Source: Mobula hypostoma (taxonomy: Eukaryota). Taken from it: a DNA stretch of 64,000 bases. The notes beneath the pieces were generated by a model. That model worked only from the letters and a program-made list of their open reading frames with translations, ran no database searches and was not told the origin of the DNA. Where the stretch lies: assembly GCF_963921235.1 (NCBI RefSeq), contig NC_086097.1, forward strand, positions 44,270,001 to 44,334,000, in the 5' to 3' direction. The position numbers and the translations under genes are program-made. Below, one piece after another: positions 10,393 through 23,400 of the stretch (position 1 is its first letter; the number at the start of each line of letters is the position of its first letter).

Positions 10393-13300
10393 ATGCATGC
10401 TGTGGTACAGAATGAGGGCAACAGTGACATGTTCATTGGCACAGTTGAAGTGGAACAGGAGGTATGCATCAAGAATATTGACAATGCAGAGATGGAGGAT
10501 GAAGATGATTGGACTGAAGATCTGATAATAAACAGGAAGAATGTGACATTTAAGCTTGACACTGGGGTAAAGTGCAATGTAATGTCAGCAGAAACATTGA
10601 ACTCACTGGACATCAGGGGAAGACTGAGAAAATCCACCTGCAAGCTTGTTGCGTATTTCGGTCACAAGATGGCGCCACTGGGCAAAAAAGCACTCACCTG
10701 TGTGTACGAAAGTCAAAAATACAAGATCGAGTTTGAAATAGTACAGCAACATGTTCCAGCAATACTGGGCAAAGCAACATGCACAAAGCTAGGCCTGGTG
10801 AAGCGAATCTATGGTGTTGAAAAAGAAAATGACATTCTCAAAGACTTCCATGACTTGTTTTCTGGATTAGGATGTGTACCAGGGAAACACCATATCCAGA
10901 TTGATCCAACTATTGCACCAGTCGTGCACGCCCCGAGAAAGATTCCAGTAGCTCTCAGGGATCAAGTAGTGGAGGAGCTACACAGAATGGAACAGATGGG
11001 AGTCATAACAAGACAAATAGAACCGACCGACTGGGTGAATAGTATGGTGACAGTGGTCACAGAAAAAAAGACGAGGATTTGCATGGATCCACAAGATCTC
11101 AACCAAGCCATCAAAAGAGAGCACTATCTGCTGCTCACGGTTGAAGAGGTTGTCTCCCGCATGCCTAATGCAAAATACTTTTCAGTATTAGACACAAATC
11201 AAGGTTTCTGGCAGATCAAGCTGGATGAAGAAAGTTCCAATTTATGCACTTTTCAACTCGCTCATAGGGAGATATCGTTTCCTGCTTCTACCCTTTGGGA
11301 TCTCTTCTGCATCAGAGGTATTCCAGAGATCCGTGGCACAAAAGATTGAAGGCCTGGACGGGGTGGTCAACATCACTGATGGTTTGCTGATATGGGTGAC
11401 ACAATTGAGGAACATGATCAGAGACTGAGGAAGCTCCTGGAGAGAGACAACCTAAAACTGAACAAAAGTAAATGTAAGATCAGAACTACAGAGATCAAAT
11501 ACATAGGTCATGTACTCAGCGCTGATGATAAAAAGGTCAGAGTTGTGGTACAGCTACCACCACCCAAAGACAAGCAAGAACTATTGAGGTTCATGGGAAT
11601 GATACAGTATCTTGCCAAATTCATTCCCAACTTATCAGAGGTCAGCGCTCCACTCCGAAAGCTACTAGAGAGCAACACTGAATGGCATTGGGAAGATGAA
11701 CAAAATAAAAGTTTTGACACATTGAAGCAGTTGGTTACCAATACACCAGCACTCAAGTTCTATGATGTCAATAAACCGGTGACGATGTCTGTGGATGCCA
11801 GTTCGGAGGGAATAGGAGCTGTTATACTGCAGGATGAGAGGCCTGTGGCGTATGGATCACGAGCACTTACGGACTGTCAATGCCAATATGCTCAAATCGA
11901 GAAGGAATTATTCGCCATAGTTTATGGGTGTGAGAAGTTTCACCAATATGTATATGGCAAAGAAATCCAGGTTGAGAGTGATCACAAACTACTTGAGAGC
12001 ATCTTCAAAAAGCCACTCTACCAAGCTCCTATGAGGCTGCAAAGGATGCTTCTCAGGCTACAGAGGTACACTCTCACAGTCACCTATAAACCCAGGAAAA
12101 GAACTGTACATCGCTGATGCTTTGAGCCGTGCTTACCTCAAAGAGCAAAAGGAAGAGTTGCTAGGAAGAGAGCTGGAGGTCAACTGGGTTACACCTCAGC
12201 TACCATCTCTGAGGAGAAGTTGAACATGTTCAGGAAAGCGACTGCAGATGATCCTGAAATGCAAATGCTAAGAGACGTTACAGTGAATGGATGGCCAACA
12301 GAAAGAAAAGATGTTCCAAAGGAAATGCAGAAATACTGGATATCTAAAGAGGAAATCAGCTATGCATCAGGACTAATGTTCAAAACGGCAAAACTCATCG
12401 TACCAAACCAAATGAGACAGGAAATGCTCAACAGAATTCACGAGTCACACCTGGGGATAGTAAAATGTAAAGAAAGAGCAAGGGACATTCTCTATTGGCC
12501 AGGTATGTCTACTCAGATAGAAGACATTGTGTCTCAGTGTGCTGTCTGTAATGAAAACAAAAACAGCAATCCAAGAGAGCCTCTGCTTCCCCACCCACTA
12601 CCAGGAAGACCATGGGAGAAGATTGGCACAGATCTCTTTCAATACAATGGTGCAGCATATCTTCTTTGTGTGGACTACTATTCAAAATATCCGGAGATCA
12701 CCAAGTTAAGTGACACGTCCAGTCGAGGTGTCATTATCGCAATGAAGTCGACATTCACAAGACATGGGATTCCAGATATTGTCGTTAGTGACAATGGTCC
12801 ACAATATGCCAGTGGTGAGTTCAGAGAGTTCTCAGAAAGCTGGGAATTTCAACATGTTACTTCCAGTCCAGGGCATGCTCAGTCTAATGGACAAGCAGAG
12901 AGAACTGTACAAACTGACAAGAACATGCTCAAGAAGGCACAAAGCAGCAACGGTGACCCTTACATTGCTCTGCTTGAATACCGCAACACACCGACTGAGG
13001 GTGTGGGGTTCTCTCCTGAGCAGCTGTTGATGGGACGTCGTCTGAAGTCCAAACTGCTAACATCCACAACTCTACTGACTCCTGAAGGTAATGCTCAAGT
13101 ACATGACAAGCAAAGGTACAAGCAAATAAAGCAAAAGAGCTACTATGACAGACATACAAGACAGTTGCCAGATCTGCATACAGGTGAAAATGTCAGAATA
13201 CAGAGAGGAGACACTTGGCAACCAGCTGTGGTTGTGAACAGACATCAGCAACTAAGATCCTCCATAGTTCGCACGCCGGATGGAAGAGTCTACAGGAGGA

Positions 13301-13527
13301 ACAGGAAGCATCTGCTGAAGACAGGCGAGAGGGAGTTTCCACATACAGATGCACAGGACATTTCCACAGATACAGACATGGAAACAAACGACACCAAGAA
13401 TGATGCCGACCACAAAAACACAGAGGGCACTCGAGAGACTGACAGGGATGAAGGACAAGCACAGTCACAGTTGTATCACACACAGTCTGGGAGACAGGTC
13501 AAACTTCCAACTAGATACAGAGACTAG
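10393..13527 (+). pseudogene. pol: Gypsy pol (protease, RT, RNase H, integrase), frameshifted
   Basis: FKLDTGV protease; RT with catalytic xxDD mutated to ITDG; RNase H SVDASSEGIGAV and YAQIEKE; integrase HHCC plus D-D-E (GTDLF, SDNG, GQAE) in ORF 12220-13527. Confidence 0.92.
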
Positions 13528-13782
13528 ACATACATACAGTCTCACACAGTTTGAGGTAAAGCCACACATGTCATAAGTTCCAAGGTGTGAAATAGAAGGT
13601 TTATTAGTCTATGTTAGTAAAAGAAAATACACTGCTGTAAGTATTGTAAGATACAATGCAGAATACAGTACAAGAAGGTAAGATTTTTTTAGTTTATGTC
13701 ATGGTTGTTGCACTGTAAGAAGGACATACCTAGAGGCATTGTTTTGATAACTCACAGTGTTGTAAAAAGAAAACAAAATCTT

Positions 13783-13931
13783 AAGAAGGGGGATGTAATG
13801 TATTGTGTGAGTATTCGTAGCTTCAGAGTGCGTATGACTTTAGGACGGCGAGAAGTAAAAAAAATTGGAAGTCCGGTGAATAAATGTGGTTGTTCAATCT
13901 ACAGCGGTGTCTGAATCACATCAATATTACA
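13783..13931 (+). repeat. Polypurine tract (13783-13793) and 3' LTR (13794-13931)
   Basis: AAGAAGGGGGA directly before TGTAATG. Confidence 0.93.
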
Positions 13932-15056
13932 TCTGCAACACATTAGTTTTCAATCTCATGAGTGTACAAGACAACTGAGACAGTAAACACTAACATTAAG
14001 ATTCAGCAAAATGAAAAACAATGTTTCAGCACATCTACTTGTAAGACTTTCATGACGTACTGTATCTAAAAATAGTCCATTTTCACTGAAAACAGAATGG
14101 ATAGCTTCTTGATTGACTTCTACATGGGCATACAGTATCCATCTTATTCTTAGAATTGCATCATACATATGTAACAGAACATTTCACTCTGATTATGGAA
14201 AAACTCCTCCATTATTTCTTTATATATATTTTTTCCTTTTCAGTTGTTTATGAACCAAAGGAGGGGCTCCCTGAATTAGAGAATCATGTCCTATCATTGT
14301 CTCAGATTCTGTGTCATTTATCAACCATTAAATTTGCTTTTAAATTATTTTAAAATGAATTCTCATGTTAGCTTTCTCATGCACTCAAAATCTCATTTAA
14401 CGGTAAGAATAATTTAAATGTAGTGTTGTATCAATGATGATAATTTCATTTTCCAATGACCTACTTATATTTTTAATTAAAGTGGTTCGCATATCGTTCC
14501 CATAAACTTTACAGTGTACGTGCATACAAGCATAAGCTGAATGTATCGGTATGGAAATCATGCTAACATGCCTGGATTGTCAATTCAGAAATACATTTTT
14601 CCAGCGATAACTCAGTTAGAATCCTGCTGATCCTGATTCACTCACCAGTCTCAGCATGAATTACGTTTCAGTTGAACTATCACAGACTGCATACTAGAGC
14701 GATTCCATTGTCTCAGTGGAAAATGGCTTTAGAATTGCTGTGTTGGAGATGATGTGCATAGAGAGCAGCGAAGTGACTTTGCCAGATGCAGCAAGGTCAG
14801 TGCATATCAATACAGCCGTGCTCCCTGGACTTTCTGCAACAGTATCAGAACTAAGAGTGAAAGTGGACTGGAAATGAAACAAGGAACTGGCAATTCTTGA
14901 AGCATCTTTGCTGTAATTGCTTGCAGCTGGCCCAAGCCCGGCAAAGATCTGTTCACTTACAAGGAACTTTGTATTATGTTGTAGATTAATGTAGTAAAAT
15001 AGGATTAGAATTGTATTTCCAGAGTTACCTTGTCTTTGCATTTCAACATTGCCTGG

Positions 15057-15232
15057 AGCAATGCACACAAAATGCTGGAGGAACTCAGCAGGCCAGGCAG
15101 CGTCTATGGATGTTGGCCCAAAACATCATCTGTATACTCTTTCCCATAGATGCTACCTGGCCTGCTGAGTTCCTCCAGTGTTTTGTGTGTTGCTTTGGAT
15201 TTCCAGCATCTACTGATTTTCTCGTGGTGGTG
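15057..15232 (+). mobile_element. Penelope pLTR-derived fold-back mini-element (older copy)
   Basis: Inverted arms around 15107-15143; degenerate 12-bp TSD AACATTGCCTGG / AAAATTGCCAGG. Confidence 0.78.
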
Positions 15233-16184
15233 AAAATTGCCAGGTATCAGGTTTTTCTCTGAGTGGCAACAACTTTCTTTTGAACACATAGGCAAAATGT
15301 ATACTGTACATTTGTTTTCAACCTCATCCTGTAATGAAATGACTGGTAAGAGGTTGCTGATAGAGATAGTTGTCTGTAGGACTAGACAAGGAAAATACTC
15401 TAATCTGAGAAAAAGTGCCAAGGAGGATTAATCACCCAAGTTAAATTTATGCCCATGCGAAGTCACTCCCTGTAACGGAAGTTATTTTAGATTTCGTTCT
15501 GTGCTCTTTTCTGATTCAGCTAAAGGCATTTTCACATGTATTCACAAACTCTGCTCATGTGTGGAAGGCTTCAAGAAATCACTTTATTAGAGTTATACAA
15601 AACATACAGTACAGAAAGAATGATTACTGAAGTAGGAGTAAAGAAAAACAAAAGAATACTTATCTTCTACTTAATGTGCTGATCTGCACAATACCAAAGG
15701 GGAACCACAGACCTCTTACACAACCTTTTCTCTCTCTCTCTCCCCAATCGCTTGACATCCTTCACTAGCACTAGTTGTGATCTAGCCTAAGAGATCATTC
15801 CCACTTGCATGAAGAAATTGCCCCCTTGATACCCTTTCAGGCCCTCTTTTGTCTCCTGCAATCTTTGGGTGTGACATACAGAAATCAAAGATAGAGACAG
15901 GTGGTGCACAGGGGGAAAACATTGGTCAATAAGGGGCAAACAGGCCATCACCACATTCTAAGCCGACACCATTTCGTCTTTCGAACTTCCATTTTATTTT
16001 GGCATGCACCAAGGAGGAATCACAGTTAACTCCTTCCTTACAATCACAATCAGAAATCTGTCATATTATGTGATAAAGTAGGAAAGGGCAACACACACAA
16101 AAATATTAGTATAACTTTTTATTTGCCCAATAGAATGTCTATGCCTCAAATGCTTCAGATTAAACTTTGGGCTGGTTGTAACAA

Positions 16185-19100
16185 AGTCTTCCAAAATGGG
16201 TGGAAGTCAGAAACAGGGAGGGAGCAGTCAGTATTGGGAGTATTCTATAGATCTCCCAATACCAGCAAAAACACCGAGGAGCAGATAGGGAGGCAAGTTT
16301 TGGAAAGGTGCAAAAATAACAGGATTACTGTCCTGAGTGACTTCAACTTCCCAATTGTTAATTTGCACCTCTATAGTGGAAAGGTTTAGATGGGGCAAAA
16401 TTTGTTAGGTGTGTCCAGGAAGGATTATGTGGACAGATCCTTGAGAGACCATACTGGATATGGTACTATGCAAAGAATGTGGTCAGGTGACAAATTTCTC
16501 AGTGAGTGAACATTTCAGATTCAGTGACCTTAACTCCCCCATCATTACCAAATCCTTGCACAGGGACAGGAGCAGATATTATGGGAAAGTATTTCAGACA
16601 TCCCTCCCTGCATAAACTGATTTCAGGGAGGTAGCACCATCAATTTGCAGGAGACTTCCGGGAGAGGTGGGATGTCTGCAATAGAGTAGCTCCTTAGCAG
16701 ATGGCCAGCTAGTTTAAATAATGTTAGCTATGCTAATGAACGAATAACACCTGTTAAACTCACCTCAACATGTCTTTTACATTTTAACCCACCATGGGGA
16801 AAAGTCATTGTTGCAAACAGTGCAGCGAGCAACACTGTCTTTATTTTTGACCCCTATTAAGCAGGGGCACACTTTAGTGTAGTCTGGGGTGACATACGTT
16901 TTACATTTTCTTTTTTTTTTGGAACTCTGCCATGGCGTGCTCTCATGCTCGCGCTCTCTCTCTCTCTCTCATGGTCGCTCACGCACTCTCGCTTGCTTTC
17001 TCTCTCGCTCTCTCTCACTTTCTCTCTCGCGCTCTTGCTCTCTCTCGCTTGCTTTCTCGCGCTCTCTCTCGTTTTCTCTCTCACGCACTCGCTTGCTTTC
17101 TCTCGCTCACTCGCTCTCAAAAAAATTGATTTCAGTGATATTGTATATAATTTGCAGGCATCAGGGAGCCACTATTCACATGCGGGAGACTCCTGGAACT
17201 TCCGGGAGAGGTGGGATGTCTGGTGTTTAATTGGGGGGGGGGTAATTATGATGCTATTAGGCAGGAACTTGGGAGTGCAAATTGGGAACAGATAGACTCA
17301 GGAAAGTGCATAACAGAAATGTGGAGGTCGTTTAGGGAGCACCTGTATGGAGTTCTGGATAGGTTTGTTCCATTGAGACAGGGAAAGGATGGAACTATAG
17401 TTGACAAGAGATGTGGACTCTCTCGTCAAGAGGAAGAAAGAAGCATACTTAAGGTTTAGGAAGCAAGAATCAGATAGGATCAGAGGGTTATAACGGTAAC
17501 CAGGAGGGAGCTTAAGAAGGGACTTAGAACATGAGAAGGTTGTGGCAAGTAGAATGAAGGAAAACCCCAAAGCATTCTACACATTCGCAAAGAACAGGAG
17601 CTTGACCAGTGAAGGTAAGACTAATCAGGGATAAAAGAGGAAACATGTGCCTAGAGCCAGAGAAGATAGGGGAGGGCATTAATTTAATAACCAACAGTGG
17701 GAAGAACCTTGAAGAATGTGACATCAGTGTAGAATAAGCTAATATTATGGAACATATCAACATTAAGACAGAGGTTTTTCTGGAACTTTTGAAAGATGTT
17801 GGGATAGGTAAGAGCCCAGAGCCGGTTGGTATCTACACCAGGTTACCATGGCAAGTGAGGGAAGAGATTGCTGAAACTTTGGTGATAATTTTTATGTTCT
17901 CACTGGCCACAGAAGTTGTGCCAGAGGACTGGAGGGAGGCAAACAATAATCCTTTGTTCAGGAGGGGTAATAAAAATAATCCTGGGAATTATAGAGCAAT
18001 GAGTCTCACATCACTGGTGGGCAAACTATTGGAGAGGATTCCTAGAGAGAGAATTTATAAGCATTTGAAGAATCATTGTCTGATTAGGGATGGGCAGCAT
18101 GACTTTCTGAGGGACAAATCATGCCTCACAAGCCTGATTAATTCTTTGAGGAAGTGACAAAACAAATTAGTGAAGGTAGAGCAGCGGATGTGGTGTACAT
18201 AGATTTTAGTAAGGAGTTTGATTTGGTTCCCCATGATAAGCTCAGAAAGTCAGGTGGGATGGGATCCAGGGAAACTTGGCTGCATGAATTCAAAAATAGT
18301 TTGCCCATAGAATGCGAAGAGTGGTGGTAGGTGGAGCATATCCTACCTGAAGATCAGTGACCAGTGGTGTTCCTCAGGGATCCATTCTGGGACCCCTGCT
18401 CTTTGTGATTTTTGTAAGTGACTCAGACGTGGAAGTACGTTTGTAGATGACATGAGGTTGGTGGTGTTGTGGATAGTGTAACAGTGATTGTGTAAAGTTT
18501 GCAATAAGGTACATTGAGACATTGATAGGATGATAGCTGGGCAAAGGAGAGGCAGATGGAGTTCAAACTGGAAACATGTGATGTGATACCCTTTGAAAGT
18601 TGAATTTAAAGGCAGAGTACAAGATAAATGGCAGCATGGAGGAACAAAGGGATCTCGGGTCCTCCTCCATAGATTTATTAGAGGTAAGTTATTGGAAGGT
18701 ATTCTAAGGGACTGGATATATAGGTACTTGGATAGACAGGGGCTGTTTAGGGATAGTCAACATGGCTTTGTGCATGGTAGATTGTGTCTAACCAATTTTA
18801 CAGAGTTTTTGATGAAGTTACCAGGAAAGTTGGTGAAGGCAAGTTAGTGGATGTTGCCTACATGGACTTTAGTAAGGCTTTTGACAAGATCCTACGTATA
18901 AGGGAGATTGATTAAGAAGGTTCATTCGCTTATTGGATGTGTAGTGGACAGCAAGGAATACTATCAAAGCTTGCAGTGGGATCTGGACCAGCTGGAAAAA
19001 TGGGCTGTAAAGTGGCAGATGGAATTTAATGCTAACAAGTGCGAGATGTCATACTTAGGACCATTCAGGATAAGAGTTACATGGAGAGCAGTAGTGAAGG

Positions 19101-19450
19101 CTTGTTGGGGAGGGGGGAATTAAGTAGTGAGTCTTGGGTGAGTACATGGTCAGTAGCCAGTGCATTTTTCCCAGACAGAAATGGCTAATATGAGAGAGCA
19201 TAATTTCGAGATGGTTGGAGAGAAGTGTAGGGGGGATGCCAGAGGTACAATAGGTTTTTTTTTACATAGAAAGTGGTGGGTGCATGGAATACTCTGCCAT
19301 GGGTGGTGGTAGAGGCAGATATATTAGGGACACTTAAGAAGTTCCTGAAAGAATAATGGTGGGCTTTGCGGGAGGGGAGCATTAGAATGATCTGGGAGTA
19401 GTCTAAAAGGTTGGCACAACATTGTGGGCTGAAAGGCCTATTTTCTATGG
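16185..19450 (+). mobile_element. Decayed CR1 LINE(s): endonuclease to RT to 3' end
   Basis: GVFYRSPN, VLSDFNFP, PGNYRAMSLTSLVGKLLE and QHGFVHGRLCLTN motifs over several broken ORFs. Confidence 0.85.
16595..17222. mobile_element. Non-autonomous DNA transposon with 6-bp TSD and an internal CT-rich simple repeat
   Basis: TIR CAGACATCCC...GGGATGTCTG; flanks GTATTT / GTGTTT; host CR1 resumes after 17228; simple repeat at about 16947-17118. Confidence 0.75.
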
Positions 19451-19949
19451 TCTAAGATCAAATATAACCATTGTACTTTGAAGTTTCGTATTAACACCTG
19501 AGTGAGCATCATATTACATTGAAAGAAAATCACATACTTTGTCCAGAAAAGGATGCTGTTGTGATTTGGAGAGAAACCAGACAACTCATACAGTTTGAAT
19601 TGCAATGACTAGACAACACTGGAAGTGCACAAACATTTTCCCAGTGTCAGCAGCAAGACAAATGCCTTCATCATTCAGCAACTCATTGTCTCTGCATAGT
19701 TTCTGTATTCACAGACCTCTCCTTTCTAGGCTTCAAAACTGACCACCTTCTCTGGCAAAACTGCTATCACTACAAAGTGTGGATTGAACAACCTTGCAAA
19801 TCTGTTGCCAAATTTTGCTCCTCCTGTGAATTTCTTCATGTAATCTACATCAAACTGACAAAAAAAAATCTATTTTTCATGTCAGTAATGAACAGAGAAT
19901 AAAACATTCCAAGAAATCAGAAACTATTCTGAACAGCCAACCAGACACT

Positions 19950-20438
19950 TTAGAACATGGAACAGTAGAGTGCAGGAGCAGGCCCCTTGGGCCATGGGTC
20001 CATGATGTTGTATCAAACTAACTAAGATATTGACGTGTAATTTAGCTAATTGCTTTTGCCTACACATGGTCCGTATCTCTCCTTTCTCTGCACATTCATG
20101 TCATCTATCTAAGGTTCTCTTGAATGCATTATCGGTTGTGCCTGCCCCACGATTCCTAGCAGTACATTTCAGTCACCCACGTCTCAGTGTATATAAAAAT
20201 AAAGTCATGCCCCACACATCTCCTTTGAACTTTCCCCCTCTCACATTAAATGCATGATCTCCAGTATTAGACAGTTTGACCCTGGCAACCAGCTCTCCGC
20301 TCTATCTATGGCCTCTCATAAACATACCTAGCTTCTGTAAGGTCTCCTCTCAGTCTCTCCTGCTCCAGAGAAAACAAATTTAGTTTGTCCATCCTCTTTA
20401 TAGCACATGCCCTCTGACCCAGACAGCATCCTGATAAA
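19950..20438 (-). mobile_element. CR1 3' fragment / CR1-tailed SINE
   Basis: Minus ORF ending MDKLNLFSLEQERLRGDL; same 3' sequence as 6375-6780 and 62510-62890. Confidence 0.65.
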
Positions 20439-20439
20439 T

Positions 20440-23400
20440 GATTAGAGATTGGTCGGTATGATGTTGTGGGCATCACAGAGTTGTGGCTGAAAGAGGGCCA
20501 TAGTTGGGATCTTAACATCAAAGGATATAGTTTGTATCAAAAGGACAGGCAAGAAGGCATAGGCGGTGGTGTGGCTCTGTTGGTAAGAGATGGAATTACA
20601 TCTTCAGAAAGAGGTGACATAGGGTCAGAGAATGTTGAATCTTTGTGGGTAGAGTTAAGAAACAGCAAGGGTGAAAAAAAACCATTATGGGGATCACATA
20701 TAGGCTTCCAAATAGTATCCAAGATGTGGGGTTGAGATTGCAAAGCAAACTGGAAAATGCATGTAATAAGGGTAATGTCACAATTGTAATGGGAGACTTC
20801 AATGTGCAATGGTATTGGGAAAATTAGGTTGGTGTCAGATCACAAGAGAGGGAATTTATTGAATGGCTACGAGATGGCTTTTTAGAGCAGCTTGTGTTTG
20901 AGCCTAGAAAGGCTATCTTAGATTGGGTGTTGTGTAATAACCCAGATCTTATTAAGAACTTTAATGTAAAGGAACCCTTAGGAGGCAGTGATTATAATAT
21001 GATTGAATTGTAGTTGCAAATGTAATTGCAAATGTAGTTCCGTTATTTAAGAAAGGAGGGAGGCAGCAAAAAGAAAATTTCAGACCTATTAGTCTGACTT
21101 CGGTAGTTGGAAAGATATTGGAGTCAATCCTCAAGGACGAGGTTATGAACTACCTCGAGGTGCATGACAAGATAGGCCGAAGCCAGCATGGTTTCATGAA
21201 GGGAAGATCCTGTCTCGCCAACCTATTGGAATTTTTTGAGGTAATCTCGAATAAGATTGAGAAGGGAGAGGCTGTGGATATTGTGTATTTGGATTTTCAA
21301 AAGGCCTTCGATAAGATGCCGCATATGAGGCTGCTTAATAAGATGAGAGCCCATGGAGTTATAGGAAAGATATTGAAATGGGTGGAGCATTGGCTGATAG
21401 GCAGAAAGCAAAGGGTGGGAATAAAGGGATCCTATTCTGATTGGTTGCCGGTTACTAGTGGTGTTCCGCAGGGGTCGGTGTTGGGGCCGCTTCTTTTTAC
21501 AATGTATATCGATGATTTAGATTATGGATTAAATGGTTTTGTGGCTAAGTTTGCGGATGACACCAAGATAGGTGGAGGAGCAGGAAATGTTGAAGAAACG
21601 GAAAGGTTGCAGAGAGACTTAGTCAGTTTAGGAGAGTGGGCAAAGAAATGTCAGATGAGATACAACGTTGACAAGTGTACGGTTGTACATTTCGGAAGAA
21701 GAAATAATCAGGCAGATTATTATTTAGATGGGGAGAAAATTAAAAAATCGGAAGTGCAAAGGGACTTGGGGGTCCTCGTGCAGGATACCCTAAAGGTTAA
21801 CCACCAAGTTGGATCGGCGGTAAGGAAAGCGAATGCTATGTTGGCATTCATTTCAAGAGGAATAGTGTATAAGAGTAAAGAGGTGTTGATGAGGCTCTAT
21901 GGGGCATTAGTGAGACCTCATTTGGAATACTGTGTGCAGTTTTGGGCCTCCTATCTTAGAAAGGATGTACTGATGTTGGAGAGAGTTCAGAGAAGACTTA
22001 CGAGGATGATTCCTGGAATGCAGGGGCTAACATATGAGGAGCGTTTGTCGGCTCTTGGATTGTATTCATTAGAGTATTGAAGAATGAGAAACATAGAAAC
22101 ATTTCGAATGTTGAAAGGGTTGGACAGAGTAGATGTGGAAAGGTTGTTTCCCTTGGTGGGTGAGTCCAGGACAAGTGGCCATAGTCTTAGAATTAGAGGG
22201 TACCCAGTTAAAACAGAGATGAGGAGAAATTTTTTTAGCCAGAGGGTCATGGATTTGTGGAATTCGTTGCCACATACAGCTGTGGAGGCCCGATCATTGT
22301 GGGTGTTTAAGGAGGAGATTGACAGGTATCTAATTAGTCAGGGTATCAGGGGATATTGGGAAAAAGCCGGCAATTGGAACTAGATGGGTGAATAGTTTAG
22401 CTCATGGGGGAGCTGCGGAGCAGACTCGATGGGCCGAATGGCCTACTTCTGCTCCTTTGTCTTGTGATCTTGTGATTTTGTGAATTCATATTGTAATTTG
22501 AGAGGGAGAAGCACAAGTCACATGTATGAGTAATGCAGTGGAATAAAGGGAATTACAGAGGCATGAGAGAGGAGCTTGCCCAGGTGAATTGGAGGAAGAT
22601 ACTGGCGGGGATTATGGCAGAGCAGAGTTGGCTGAAGTTTCTGGGAATAGTTCACAAGACGCAGGAAAGATATGTCCCACAGAAGAAGTTGTTCCCAAAT
22701 GGCAGGGGTAGGTAACCGTGGCTGTCAAGGGAAGTTAAGGACTGCATAAGAGACAAGGAAAGGGCATATAAGGTAGGAAAAGTGAGTGGGAAGTTGGATG
22801 ATTAAGAAGCTTTTAAAATCTGACAAAAGGCAGCTAAGAAAGGAAAAGATGAAATATGAAGGCAAACTACCCAATAATATAAAGCAGGATACTAAAAGTT
22901 TTTTCAATTATATACAGGGTGAAAGGGAGGTGAGTGTTGATATTGGACCACTGGAAAATGATGCTGTTGAAGTAGTAATGGGGGACAAAGAAATGGCAGA
23001 TGAACTTAATGAGTACTTTGCATCATTCTTCACTGAGGAAGACACTAGCAGTGTGCCAGAGGTCTATGAGTGTCACAGAGTGATTGCCATTGCTATTACA
23101 AAGGAAAAAAGTGCAAGGCAAACTTAAAGGTCTTAAGGTGGATAAGTGGGATAAAACCATCCCAGAGACCTGAGAGAGATTGCTGAAGAGATAATGGATG
23201 CATGTGCTATAAAGAGATAACAGATGATTTCAAGAATCACTTGATTATGGCGTGGTCCTGGAGGACTGGAAGATTTGCAAATGTCACTCCACTCTTTAAG
23301 AATGGATGAAGGCAAAAAAAAGGAAATTATAGACCAGTTAGCCTAACCTCGCTGGTTGGGAAAATGTTGGAGTCTATTATTAAGGATGAAGTTTCAGGGT

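Larger units (their letters stand above)
9474..13931 (+). mobile_element. Full-length, inactivated Gypsy LTR retrotransposon (Mag-type)
   Basis: 138-bp LTRs at 9474-9611 and 13794-13931 (TGTAAT...ATTACA); TSD TCTGC at 9469-9473 and 13932-13936; PBS, PPT and gag-PR-RT-RH-IN order. Confidence 0.95.

Noticed and set aside
14646..15068. Minus ORF with vague immunoglobulin V-like phrases (VAESPGSTAVLIC, NTAILK, YAVCDS) and a nearby GTGAGT donor
   Set aside because: No conserved Trp or YYC, wrong spacing, no CACAGTG recombination signal, and stops in all frames before the donor
16857..17295. Several R/E/S- or L/S-rich ORFs
   Set aside because: Translations of a CT/CG simple repeat inside a MITE
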